Assembly (NCBI GenBank): GCA_027485915.1
Contig: JAIXQA010000071.1
Location: 30,567-94,566 of the forward strand
Direction: 5' to 3'
DNA from: Alphaproteobacteria bacterium
Lineage (GTDB): Bacteria > Pseudomonadota > Alphaproteobacteria > Caulobacterales > Aquidulcibacteraceae
Length of the DNA stretch: 64,000 bases
The position numbers were made by a program, and so were the translations under genes. This document shows, piece after piece, positions 37,336 through 47,412 of this stretch. Position 1 is the stretch's first letter. Every line of letters begins with the position of its first letter. The notes beneath the pieces are model-generated. The model saw only the letters and a list, made by a program, of their open reading frames with translations, made no database searches and was not told where the DNA came from.

Positions 37336-39735
37336 ATGAAACCAACTCGCGCACGTGTATCATCGCAGGGCACCAGCCAGTTCAAATCTTGGCTCATTGC
37401 TGGGACTTCGGCGGTGGCGCTGTTGGCTGGACCGGCCCTAGCCCAAACTACGCCCAATGCCAGTCCAGACCCGCGTAGCGAGCCTGAAGCAGAGGTCGTT
37501 ATCGTAACTGCAGAGCGGCGAGAAACGCGCCTGCAGGAAACGCCGCTTGCTGTGACCTCTTTGAGTGGGTCGGCACTGAAAGCGCAACAGATTGAATCCC
37601 CTCTCGATCTGCAGTTCTCAATTCCCAATACTTTGATTGCCGCGTCAACGGCGGTAACAATCCGTGGCGTCGGCCGAGCGCTTACCGGGGAACAGGGTGT
37701 CGCCACCTATGTAAATGGCGTTTACACAGCACCTTTGCTTGGCAATGAATTTTTTGATCTGCAACGCATTGAGGTCCTGCGAGGTCCTCAAGGTACCCTC
37801 TATGGACGCAATGCCACCGCCGGTCTGGTTAACGTCCAAACCCGTCGGGCCGGAGAGGCGTTCTCGGCTGAGGGATCCATTATGATCGGGAACTTCAATT
37901 CCCGGCGGTTTGAGGCGGCTGTCGACGTCCCACTAGGTCCAGTCCGCCAACGCTTTGCAGGCTACAAACAAGGCAGAAACGGCTATATCAAGAATATCTA
38001 CACCGGCAATCAAATCGATGGGCGCGATCAATATGCGGTCCGCAGCACGACAGAGTTTGAACTCGGTGGTGTTGAGGTCAAGCTTTATGCTAGCTATTTC
38101 GAAGAAGAGGATGATCGGGCCTTTTTGACGAAGTCATTGTGCACGTCAAACCGTGCCCTTGGGTGTAGCCCTGCAGAATTGAGCACTGGCGCACCAGACA
38201 GTCGCGCCACCGTTTTCCACACATTCTACGCAGCTCTCGGGCTTTTAACTGCCCCAACCGCGGACTTTTATGCGGGGGCGGTCAATCCAAGCGACCTGCG
38301 TGAAGTATCGGTGGATGTGAACCCCTACTATTTTGCAAGTGAGAAGAACGTTACTCTAAACCTCACCAAAAACTTCGGTTCGCTTAAACTTGCCTATGTC
38401 TATGGGAACACCAAGACGCAGTTTCGCTATCAGCAAGATTATGACAATGTGTCGACTGAGGTGCGCCTGACGCGGCCCATCACCTATACGCTGGATGGCG
38501 ACACAAGCATCACGTCAGACCGGATACAAATCGCCAATCGCTTTGATTCTCGCAGCACAATTGAAACCCATGAGCTCAGTCTTGCCTCGGACTTTGATGG
38601 TGCCCTCAACTTCAATGTCGGGCTCTATTGGCTCGACGCGGATACACCAAGCCGTCAGCGTGTGTTCAATTCAGCTTTAGCGGCTCGGGGGCAGGCTTTG
38701 GGACTCCCGGCTGCTATCTCTGTCAGCGATGTTGATACGATTGCGAGGCCAACAAAGAGCCAAGCGGCTTTCGGACAAGTCTATTATCAGTTTACCGAAC
38801 GGGCAAAGTTGACAATTGGGGCACGCTACACAGTCGACAAGGTCGGCTCTGAAAGCCGCTCGGTCTTGTTGAGCAACCCAGCCTATGTGAAGCGGCAAAC
38901 CGAATTCGAAGTTTGGACTGGACGCGCCAGCTTTGACTATAAGATCCCGGTGCCTTTAACAGACGCCAGCTTGGGCTATGTCTCCTGGTCGCGGGGCTAT
39001 AAGGCTGGTGGATTTAACCCGGTAAACGCCACAAACCCCAACCCCACCTTTGAACCTGAGTATGTTGACGCCATTGAAATGGGTCTCAAGAACACACTCT
39101 GGGGCGGCAAGGCCCAAGCCAATGTCACCCTATTTCAATACGACTATCAAAATCTGCAATTGACCCAGCGTATTGCGGCCTCATCTGTAACCACCAACAG
39201 CAATGCCGATATTCGCGGTGCTGAGTTTGAATTGTTTGCCAAGTTGACAGATCGACTTCGTATCGACGCAAACCTCTCCTTGCTAGATACAGAGGTTTTG
39301 GGGTTTAGTTCTGTGGATGCGGCTAACCCAGCCCAAAGTACAACAAGCGCAACGCCTGTTGTGGTGGTCAATTTGTCAGGTAATCGCCTGCCTTATTCGC
39401 CGGAGTGGTCGTACAAGCTGGGTGCCCAATATCGCTTTGATCTGATGGGCGGGTGGAACGCGATGGCACGCTTGGATTACTTCCAGCAAGATGCTTTCTT
39501 TGCCCGTGAATACAATACCCGCAACGATCGATTGGCCGGTTGGAGCCAAATGAATCTCAAGGTCTCGCTCTCAAAGCCGAATGTACCGCTGGAAATCGAC
39601 TTCTTCGTGAAGAACCTTGAGGACAAGGACAATATCACTGGCCTAACCGTGCAAGACTCTTTGGTTGGACGTTTCCGAAATGCCACCATCATGGACCCAC
39701 GAACGTTTGGGATCATTTTGTCGAGCAAGTTCTAA
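37336..39735 (+). CDS. TonB-dependent receptor
   Basis: Signal peptide, VIVTAERRE, RIEVLRGPQGTLYGRNATAG, C-terminal Phe. Confidence 0.95.
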   Translation: MKPTRARVSSQGTSQFKSWLIAGTSAVALLAGPALAQTTPNASPDPRSEPEAEVVIVTAERRETRLQETPLAVTSLSGSALKAQQIESPLDLQFSIPNTLIAASTAVTIRGVGRALTGEQGVATYVNGVYTAPLLGNEFFDLQRIEVLRGPQGTLYGRNATAGLVNVQTRRAGEAFSAEGSIMIGNFNSRRFEAAVDVPLGPVRQRFAGYKQGRNGYIKNIYTGNQIDGRDQYAVRSTTEFELGGVEVKLYASYFEEEDDRAFLTKSLCTSNRALGCSPAELSTGAPDSRATVFHTFYAALGLLTAPTADFYAGAVNPSDLREVSVDVNPYYFASEKNVTLNLTKNFGSLKLAYVYGNTKTQFRYQQDYDNVSTEVRLTRPITYTLDGDTSITSDRIQIANRFDSRSTIETHELSLASDFDGALNFNVGLYWLDADTPSRQRVFNSALAARGQALGLPAAISVSDVDTIARPTKSQAAFGQVYYQFTERAKLTIGARYTVDKVGSESRSVLLSNPAYVKRQTEFEVWTGRASFDYKIPVPLTDASLGYVSWSRGYKAGGFNPVNATNPNPTFEPEYVDAIEMGLKNTLWGGKAQANVTLFQYDYQNLQLTQRIAASSVTTNSNADIRGAEFELFAKLTDRLRIDANLSLLDTEVLGFSSVDAANPAQSTTSATPVVVVNLSGNRLPYSPEWSYKLGAQYRFDLMGGWNAMARLDYFQQDAFFAREYNTRNDRLAGWSQMNLKVSLSKPNVPLEIDFFVKNLEDKDNITGLTVQDSLVGRFRNATIMDPRTFGIILSSKF

Positions 39736-39746
39736 GGTGCGGGCTT

Positions 39747-40490
39747 ATGGCCGAACCTAGAGACGCCGCAACTGACGTGGAGAAGGTGCGGGTAGAGCTT
39801 GCAGCTTTGTATCGATTGGTAGCAATCCATGGCTGGGCGGACGCGATTTATACCCATATTTCTGCGCGTGTTCCCGGAACGGAAGATCGCTTTTTGATCA
39901 ATCCCTATGGCCTCTACTTTGATGAGATAACAGCATCTTCGCTAATCGAAGTCGACGCGCACGGCACAATTTGCCAAGAAACGCCTTATAGAGTGAATCC
40001 TGCGGGATTCACCATCCACTCCGCGATCCATAGCGCACGCGCGGACGCGCATTTTGTGATGCACTTGCACACACGGGACGGCATCGGTGTCGCCGCTCAA
40101 GAGCATGGGCTATTACCGCTGTCTCAACACGCACTGATTGTTTTGCCCAGACTTGCCCTGCATGCGTATGAGGGCATCGCACTAGATCATGCAGAACGGG
40201 CGCGATTGGTTGAAGATTTGGGAGACAAGCACTTGATGCTCCTTCGCAACCACGGAACATTGGCGTTAGGGTCGTCTGCGGCAGCGTGTTGGAACGCGAT
40301 GTATTATCTAGAGCGAGCCTGTTCAATCCAAATTGCCGCCCTAAGTGGCGGATTGGCCCATGCTCGCTTGGCGCCCATGGCGGCGCAGGAAACCGTTGCG
40401 CAGCAGATCTCTAAGGGAACATCGGCAGAATTGGCTTGGCCGGGTGCGCTCCGCATGCTTGATCGTCTCTGCCCAGACTATGTGAATTAG
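39747..40490 (+). CDS. Class II aldolase/adducin family protein
   Basis: IYTHISARVP, IHSAIH, MHLHT, LRNHG. Confidence 0.92.
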   Translation: MAEPRDAATDVEKVRVELAALYRLVAIHGWADAIYTHISARVPGTEDRFLINPYGLYFDEITASSLIEVDAHGTICQETPYRVNPAGFTIHSAIHSARADAHFVMHLHTRDGIGVAAQEHGLLPLSQHALIVLPRLALHAYEGIALDHAERARLVEDLGDKHLMLLRNHGTLALGSSAAACWNAMYYLERACSIQIAALSGGLAHARLAPMAAQETVAQQISKGTSAELAWPGALRMLDRLCPDYVN

Positions 40491-40494
40491 TCAA

Positions 40495-41451
40495 ATGCCA
40501 CCGGCCCATGATCCCAAGGAGAAATTCGGTTCTGAACCAGCTCTCGGCGCTTTTGACCATGAGTTCATCGAACTTAACGGGCTTGAAATGCATATCGCTA
40601 AGCTTGGCAGGCCAAGTGCCGACAAGCCTATCCTCATTTTTCTGCACGGTTTCCCCGACTTATGGTGCGGTTGGGCCCGCATCATGGGTCAATTAAGTGG
40701 CAGTTGCGTTTGCCTGGCACCAGACCTGCGCGGGTATAATCTAACCAGCCGTCCCATAGATGTGGCGGATTATGCGCCGAGTCATCTGCTCGCCGATATT
40801 GAAGCTTTGATTGCCGCGCTTTCTCCCGATCAGCCAGTCATTCTGATTGGCCATGATTGGGGCGGCATCCTCGCATCTTGGTTTGCCGCGCTGCATCCAA
40901 CAAAGATTCGAAAGCTTGTCTTGATCAATAGTACGCATCCGGCCCATTTTCAGCGGACTTTGTGGACTGACCCTAACCAACGCGCCGCGTCCGCCTATAT
41001 CGAACATCTGCGCTCTGGCGTGGCGGAAACTCTGTGGCTGCAGGCCGGGACAAACACCTTATTTGAGAGCAGGACCGCGCCACTTCGAGAAAGTGGTGCC
41101 ATGAGCGAGGCTGAGGCTGATCTCTACAAGGCGGCGTGGGCCAGCCCCATGGCTTGGACGGCCATGATCCATTGGTATCGCGCGTCGCCTTTCGAGCTTT
41201 CTGATGGACCGAGCCGTGAGGATTGGACAGCTGCAACTAACTGGCAGATTTCGTGCCCAGCCCTCCTGATTTGGGGTGATGCTGACCCGATTTTCCTGCC
41301 GGTCCTGAGAGATGGCCTGCACACCTATGTGCATGACTTAAGCGTCATCTCCCTAGAGGGCATTGGACATAATCCATTGCGAGAACGTCCCATGGTGGTT
41401 GCCGCACACATCCAAGCATTTGTTGAGAAGCCTGCTTCGGACGCAACCTAA
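40495..41451 (+). CDS. Alpha/beta hydrolase (epoxide hydrolase-like)
   Basis: LHGFPD, PDLRGY, GHDWGG, IWGDAD, GH. Confidence 0.9.
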   Translation: MPPAHDPKEKFGSEPALGAFDHEFIELNGLEMHIAKLGRPSADKPILIFLHGFPDLWCGWARIMGQLSGSCVCLAPDLRGYNLTSRPIDVADYAPSHLLADIEALIAALSPDQPVILIGHDWGGILASWFAALHPTKIRKLVLINSTHPAHFQRTLWTDPNQRAASAYIEHLRSGVAETLWLQAGTNTLFESRTAPLRESGAMSEAEADLYKAAWASPMAWTAMIHWYRASPFELSDGPSREDWTAATNWQISCPALLIWGDADPIFLPVLRDGLHTYVHDLSVISLEGIGHNPLRERPMVVAAHIQAFVEKPASDAT

Positions 41452-41974
41452 ATGCGCCAAGTTTTAAACCCGACCAATTCGACCCTTGTCAGACTGGCAT
41501 GCCTTAGTCTGCCCATGGAAGGCAACATTTGGGTGATGGTTTAGAGGCTCGCACGTCGTGTCGGGGGCCCATTTGGCCAACGTCATCTGGAAGACCCTTG
41601 GCCAATTGCAACCAAGCGGAGGCACGCAGAGCCAAACATGCCCATTTGCACGATGACCAGCTTCTGGCCGCGCGTGCCTTTGGTGGATTTTTGGCAAACC
41701 ATTGCAGCCAACCAAAGTTCAGCGTGACAATAAATTTCAATCTTGAATGGCCAAGTTTGCAGGCAACAGAGAACAAGCGGATGACAATTCGTTAAAGTAA
41801 AATTGACTGGTTTGGCGATTGCAAGCAGGGTGGAGGGCGTTACAAATGGTACGTTACCAATACCTGACTAGCAGCCATCGCCAGACCTTGGGCAATCGAC
41901 TAAACATTTGTATTGGTTTCCTAAAATGGGCTTGATTCTATCTGATCGAGATAGGTTAAAGGGGAAGTGCGGGG

Positions 41975-43129
41975 ATGGATCGGCGAACTTTGGTCACGGC
42001 CGTAGCAATTGGCACGCTGTCGGGTGCTGGGGCAGGCATTGCTGCGGCGCGCGTTGCAGGTGCTGGAGCGGGTGCGACTTCACTAGGCAAGGCGGCTACA
42101 CAAACGGCGGTTGCCGGGGCGGTTCGGCTGAATATGGTCACCTCTTGGCCTAAAGGCATGCCGGGCTTGGGGATGAGCGCAGAGCGCATCTCTCAACGGG
42201 CGCTGGCCTTGTCAGGCGGCACGCTGGATATCAAAGTTTATGCGGCAGGCGAGCTCGTTGGCGCGTTTGAAGTGTTTGATGCTGTGGCGACAGGGTCCGC
42301 CGATCTCTACCACTCAGCTGAGTATTATTGGCAGGGCAAAAACCCCGCCTATCCGTTCTTTACAGCGGTGCCCTTTGGCATGACGGCGATGGAGCAGATG
42401 GGCTGGCTCGAACACGGTGGTGGCCAAGCTCTCTGGGAAGAATTGGCAGCAGGCTTTGGCATTGTGCCCATTGCAGCGGCAAACACATGTCATCAGGCGG
42501 GCGGCTGGTTTAAGCGCGAGATCAACAGCTTGGCTGACCTCAAGGGCCTCAAAATGCGGATACCTGGCATCGGTGGGGAAATGATCCGGCGATTGGGTGG
42601 TGCTGCTGTGGCGATGCCGGGTGGGGAAATTTATCAAGCGCTACAATCTGGTGTGATTGATGCGGCCGAATTTGTTGGCCCTTGGAATGACATTGGCTTG
42701 GGCTTTTATCGCGAGGCCCCTTATTATTATGCGCCAGGCTTACAAGAGCCGGGTGCGATCTTGGCGGTGGGCGTGAATAAGGCCAAGTTTGATAAGCTCT
42801 CCCAAGTACATCAAGAGATCCTGCGCGCGGCGTGCCGGGAAAGTTATGCTATTTCGGTCGGCGAATTCACCTATCAAAATGGCGTGGCCTTGGAAGCGAT
42901 GAAGACCCAATACGGGGTCACCTTGCGTCGACTACCCGATGATGTCTTAAAGGAAGCTGCCAAAATCGCACAAGTCATGTGGGCTGAGGCAGGTGCCACG
43001 GACCCGCTGGCGGGCCGCATCTATCAAAGCTGGCTGAAAGCCTATCGCGCGATGCGGCCTTGGAGTGAAGAAGCTGAAGGGATTTATCTCGCCGAACGCA
43101 AGCGCAATTTGATCTTGGGTGCCCCATGA
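41975..43129 (+). CDS. TRAP substrate-binding protein (DctP/TakP-like), Tat signal
   Basis: MDRRTLV leader; GLKMRIPG, EFVGPWND. Confidence 0.92.
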   Translation: MDRRTLVTAVAIGTLSGAGAGIAAARVAGAGAGATSLGKAATQTAVAGAVRLNMVTSWPKGMPGLGMSAERISQRALALSGGTLDIKVYAAGELVGAFEVFDAVATGSADLYHSAEYYWQGKNPAYPFFTAVPFGMTAMEQMGWLEHGGGQALWEELAAGFGIVPIAAANTCHQAGGWFKREINSLADLKGLKMRIPGIGGEMIRRLGGAAVAMPGGEIYQALQSGVIDAAEFVGPWNDIGLGFYREAPYYYAPGLQEPGAILAVGVNKAKFDKLSQVHQEILRAACRESYAISVGEFTYQNGVALEAMKTQYGVTLRRLPDDVLKEAAKIAQVMWAEAGATDPLAGRIYQSWLKAYRAMRPWSEEAEGIYLAERKRNLILGAP

Positions 43130-43788
43130 GTCCGCAGGTTTTAGGGGAGCCCTTGGGGGCGGTAGCCCTTATCATGCTTGGCGGATTGTCACCTTTTTTG
43201 ATCTCGCCTCTCGCAACAGCCATCTGGGGTGGGCCTGTGGCAAAGGTCCAGCGGACTTTGAATGGAATTGCTGAGGATATTGCGACGTGGCTCGGCCGTT
43301 TTGCCCAAATGTGTTTGCTTGTGCTGGCAATTGGAATGCTGACCACCGTCCTCTTTCGCTATATTTTTGGCGAGAGTTTCACCCGTCTCAATGAAACCGT
43401 GATGTATGCCCACGCGCTAGGCTTTCTGATGGCGGCACCGGTCGCCTTGATTACAAATGGGCATGTGCGGGTCGATATTGTCTATGAGCAAGTCAGCGAA
43501 CGAACGAAGGCCTTATTGGATCTCATTGGCTTTTGTCTGCTTCTGGCCCCCGTGATGTTGCTGCTGCTGATTTATAGCGGCCCCGTTGTCGAGTTGGCTT
43601 GGCGCATCGGCGAGAGAAGCCCAGAGACAGACGGATTGCCGTTCGTATTCCTCTTGAAGACCGCCATGCCAATCTTTGCGGTCACCATGCTCATGGCAGG
43701 TGTGGCCCATGCAGGACACGCTGCCCTACGCTGGCGCGGGCTTGAGGCCGTCGACTCTTCCGCATCCGCTCAGCAAGCGGGGACATAA
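43126..43788 (+). CDS. dctQ: TRAP small permease
   Basis: GHVRVDIVY; TM helices. Confidence 0.88.
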   Translation: MSPQVLGEPLGAVALIMLGGLSPFLISPLATAIWGGPVAKVQRTLNGIAEDIATWLGRFAQMCLLVLAIGMLTTVLFRYIFGESFTRLNETVMYAHALGFLMAAPVALITNGHVRVDIVYEQVSERTKALLDLIGFCLLLAPVMLLLLIYSGPVVELAWRIGERSPETDGLPFVFLLKTAMPIFAVTMLMAGVAHAGHAALRWRGLEAVDSSASAQQAGT

Positions 43789-43791
43789 TAG

Positions 43792-45369
43792 ATGGACCTA
43801 CACGGGATTTTGGACATTGCGATGTTTCTGACCCTCATCGTGGTTTTGATGATGGGCTATCCGGTGGCCTTTACGCTGGCAGGTGTGGCCTTGGCTTTCG
43901 GGCTTTTGGGCATGGTACTTGGCGTGTTTGAACCCTCTTTTTTTGCCGCCTTCCCGCAGCGTGTGTTTGGCACCATGACAAATACGACCTTGACTGCGGT
44001 GCCGCTGTTTGTCCTGATGGGAGTGATTTTAGAACGTTCGCGGATCGCCGAGGACCTGTTGACGACAATGGGCGACCTATTTGGGCGATTTCGGGGTGGT
44101 TTGCTGTATTCCACCACCCTTGTGGGCGCGCTCTTGGCTGCTTCGACCGGTGTTGTCGGCGCCACCGTGGTCACCATGGGTCTGTTGGCTTTGCCTGCGA
44201 TGTTGGCGCGCGGTTATGATGTGAAAATCGCAACTGGTTCGATCGCAGCTTCTGGCACATTGGGCCAAATCATTCCCCCATCCATTGTTTTGATCCTGTT
44301 GGGCGATGTCATTGGCAATGCCAATCAACGTGCGCAGATTGAAATGGGTAAGGCAGGCGGCGAAGCTGTTTCGGTTGGGGATTTGTTTGCTGGCGCGATT
44401 ATTCCGGGCTTAGTTTTGGTTGGGCTCTATCTGCTTTACCAAGTCTTTATTGCGTGGAGCCAGCCTCAAGCGGCCCCTGCTGCTGGCGGTGATTACCCCA
44501 AATTGTCGCGGGTAATTCGAGCATTGCTGGCTCCCTTATTGTTGATCTTAGCTGTTCTCGGTTCCATTCTTGCTGGCATTGCAACCGCAACCGAAGGGGC
44601 GGCGGTCGGCGCTGCTGGGGCAGCCATGCTCGCAGGGCAACGGATCGAGCAAGACGCAGGCAGACCGCGCAGTCTAACGGTAAGGGTCATCGGGTTCGGT
44701 GCTGCAGCGCTGGCCCTATTGGTCGCGTTCCGATTGTTCATCGATATCCCAAGCCTCACCGCGCAGCCAACTTTCTCTGGCCAGCTTGTGATGTTTGTCT
44801 CGGTGACGTTGAGCCTATTTGCCGGTGCAGCTGTGATCGCAGGACTTTGGGCTATGCACCGGGCCAAGTCGCTTGGGCCGGCGTTAAAGTCCACCACCGA
44901 CATCAATGCGATGGTGTTTACAATCTTGATTGGAGCGGCGCTATTTACCTTGGTGTTCCGCGGGCTTGGTGGCGATGAGTGGGTCAAGGGCATGCTGGAA
45001 GCTGTTCCAGGCGGCCTTACCGGAGCGTTGCTGTTTACGCTTACAGTCATGTTTATTTTGGGTTTTTTCCTCGACTTTATCGAGATTTGTTTCGTGGTCG
45101 TGCCATTGGTAGCCGTACCACTCATTGTCATGGGCGCAGATCCGATTTGGTTGGCGGTGATGATGGCGATGGTCTTGCAAACATCCTTTTTGACGCCACC
45201 ATTTGGCTTTGCCCTATTCTACCTGCGCGGCGTAGCCCCGCCGGAGGTCAAGACAATCGACATTTACCGTGGCGTCGTACCTTTCATCGGCCTGCAGCTC
45301 CTTGCTGTTGCCTTCATTTGGTTCATGCCAGGCTTGGCAACTTGGCTACCCAATCTGTTGTACCGATAA
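43792..45369 (+). CDS. dctM: TRAP large permease
   Basis: AVPLFVLMG, SGTLGQIIPPS, LTPPFG. Confidence 0.92.
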   Translation: MDLHGILDIAMFLTLIVVLMMGYPVAFTLAGVALAFGLLGMVLGVFEPSFFAAFPQRVFGTMTNTTLTAVPLFVLMGVILERSRIAEDLLTTMGDLFGRFRGGLLYSTTLVGALLAASTGVVGATVVTMGLLALPAMLARGYDVKIATGSIAASGTLGQIIPPSIVLILLGDVIGNANQRAQIEMGKAGGEAVSVGDLFAGAIIPGLVLVGLYLLYQVFIAWSQPQAAPAAGGDYPKLSRVIRALLAPLLLILAVLGSILAGIATATEGAAVGAAGAAMLAGQRIEQDAGRPRSLTVRVIGFGAAALALLVAFRLFIDIPSLTAQPTFSGQLVMFVSVTLSLFAGAAVIAGLWAMHRAKSLGPALKSTTDINAMVFTILIGAALFTLVFRGLGGDEWVKGMLEAVPGGLTGALLFTLTVMFILGFFLDFIEICFVVVPLVAVPLIVMGADPIWLAVMMAMVLQTSFLTPPFGFALFYLRGVAPPEVKTIDIYRGVVPFIGLQLLAVAFIWFMPGLATWLPNLLYR

Positions 45370-45638
45370 GGTATGCGGAGCGATCCGAACGCACAAAGTA
45401 GGGTCTCTCCTTAGCTGGGGGTCGGCTGCATCTGGCTCTGTCGCCGATTGCCTCGGCCAAAAGGCAAAGGCTTTCTCCGCATGGCGAGCCATGCCGCCAG
45501 CATCCACGGAAACCAAACGACCTGTCTCCGTCGCCCGCGCATGTGAAGTGCCATCCAGCCTTTCACTATAGTGTGATTTGACAGGCCGGGGTTGGGCACA
45601 CAAGCCGCATGCACGATGCGTTTTCCGGGGGGGCTTTT

Positions 45639-47183
45639 ATGCGTGCATTGATTTTGTCGTCATTGAGTATCGTGCTTGGCAGCGTGGTATCGACATCTGC
45701 AATGGCTTTGCCCATTTCGTTTGTGACTGCGGCACCACCGAGCACAGGTGCGATTGCCCTACCGGTTGCCAAAGATGGCAGGCTGGGCGAGGCGGCTATG
45801 GTAGTTGATCGGACCACAAATGGCGGGATTTCGCGCGCCATCACTGCTGCTTCGTTCAAAGGCAATTCAGGTGACACCCTAAACCTTTACAGCGTTGGGC
45901 CATACAGCCGCGTGACTTTGATCGGCATTGGCGAGAGTGCCAATAGTCGCACCAGCCTTGAAGACTTTGGCGGCAGAGTGGCGCGTGCCGCACTCGAAGG
46001 TCAAGCAACCAGCTGGTCCGTCGTGCTCCCCGATGCGCCGGCTTTTGTCGATGCTGGCGCGTTGGTGGCATTGGGTGCACGACTTGGCTCTTATGACTTC
46101 CCGCACCTTGGCAAAACGGCCCGGACCACCACAGACCGAGCGCTTCGCTTGCATGTTGCCAACGCAAGCGCCGCAAATTCGGCTTGGACAGGACGCTGGC
46201 AACCGGTTGGTGAAGGCGTGAAGCTCGCGCGTGATCTAATCTCGACCCCGTCCAACATCAAAAGCCCGCAATGGTATGTCGACTTTGTTAGCAAGGCTTT
46301 TGAAGGGATTCCCAATGTGTCCATCACAGTCATTGACGAGAAAGAGGCAGCGCGCCTTGGCATGGGTGGATTGGTGGGGGTCGGGCAAGGCTCAACACGG
46401 CCTGTACGTCTGCTCGCGATCCAGTATCGTGGTGGGGATCGTAACAGCGCTCCAATTAGTTTTGTCGGCAAAGGCATCACGTTCGATACCGGTGGCATTT
46501 CACTCAAGCCCGGCGAAGGCATGTGGCGTATGCGCTATGATATGGCGGGTTCGGCGGCATCGATGGGCGCAGTATTGGCCGCAGCTAAGCGCGGTGCCAA
46601 GGTCAATGTCGTGGGCGTGGCAGCCTTGGCCGAGAATATGCCAGACGGCAACGCCATCCGTCCAGGCGATGTACTCACCTCCATGTCTGGCAAAACCATG
46701 GAAATCCTCAATACCGATGCTGAGGGGCGAATGGTCTTGGCCGATGCCAATTGGTGGACTCAGGAAACCTTCAAGCCCAGCCTCATGATCAATATCGCGA
46801 CCCTCACGGGATCCGCACGGGGCGCGCTCGGCGATGATTATGCAGCCTTGTTCCATAATAATGAGACCGCGGCCAAGCGCGTTGAAGAAGCTGGTGCCAA
46901 AGTCGGAGAAATGACGTGGCGTTTGCCGATACACCCATCAACCCGTGCTGATATCAAATCTGATGTAGCTGACGTCAAAAACGTCGTTGAAGGCGGCGCA
47001 CCCGGCGCGTCAATTGGAGCCGCCTTTATTGAGGAATGGGTTAAGCCAGAAACCGCTTGGGTACATCTTGATATCGCTGGTGTCGCTTGGGCCACCACAC
47101 GCAAACCAACCATTCCTCCTGGGGCTGTTGGCTTTGGCGTAAAGCTTTTCGATGAAGTTATTGCGCAAAGCGAAGGGCGTTAA
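45639..47183 (+). CDS. M17 leucyl aminopeptidase with signal peptide
   Basis: VGKGITFDTGG, MRYDMAG, NTDAEGR; hydrophobic leader. Confidence 0.93.
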   Translation: MRALILSSLSIVLGSVVSTSAMALPISFVTAAPPSTGAIALPVAKDGRLGEAAMVVDRTTNGGISRAITAASFKGNSGDTLNLYSVGPYSRVTLIGIGESANSRTSLEDFGGRVARAALEGQATSWSVVLPDAPAFVDAGALVALGARLGSYDFPHLGKTARTTTDRALRLHVANASAANSAWTGRWQPVGEGVKLARDLISTPSNIKSPQWYVDFVSKAFEGIPNVSITVIDEKEAARLGMGGLVGVGQGSTRPVRLLAIQYRGGDRNSAPISFVGKGITFDTGGISLKPGEGMWRMRYDMAGSAASMGAVLAAAKRGAKVNVVGVAALAENMPDGNAIRPGDVLTSMSGKTMEILNTDAEGRMVLADANWWTQETFKPSLMINIATLTGSARGALGDDYAALFHNNETAAKRVEEAGAKVGEMTWRLPIHPSTRADIKSDVADVKNVVEGGAPGASIGAAFIEEWVKPETAWVHLDIAGVAWATTRKPTIPPGAVGFGVKLFDEVIAQSEGR

Positions 47184-47412
47184 AGTCGCCCTGGGCTAGA
47201 ATGCCGCCAAAGCTTCGCCAAATCGGCAATCCTTGGCGCAAAGCAGCGCAAACCATCCGACACACCAATGGCCTCCCGTGTTGTACTCAATTACGAGAGC
47301 GTCAAGCTTGTCAGCATGTGGCTTCACACCCGCTTTTTCACTTAAAACGAGTTGAATTCCTTTACGTAATTCAAACTAAGCTATGCCACACTAAACTTGT
47401 CTTTACTTATAC

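Noticed and set aside
41464-41795. Three overlapping short ORFs between the hydrolase and TRAP genes
   Set aside because: Mutually overlapping, no RBS or motifs; none can be preferred.
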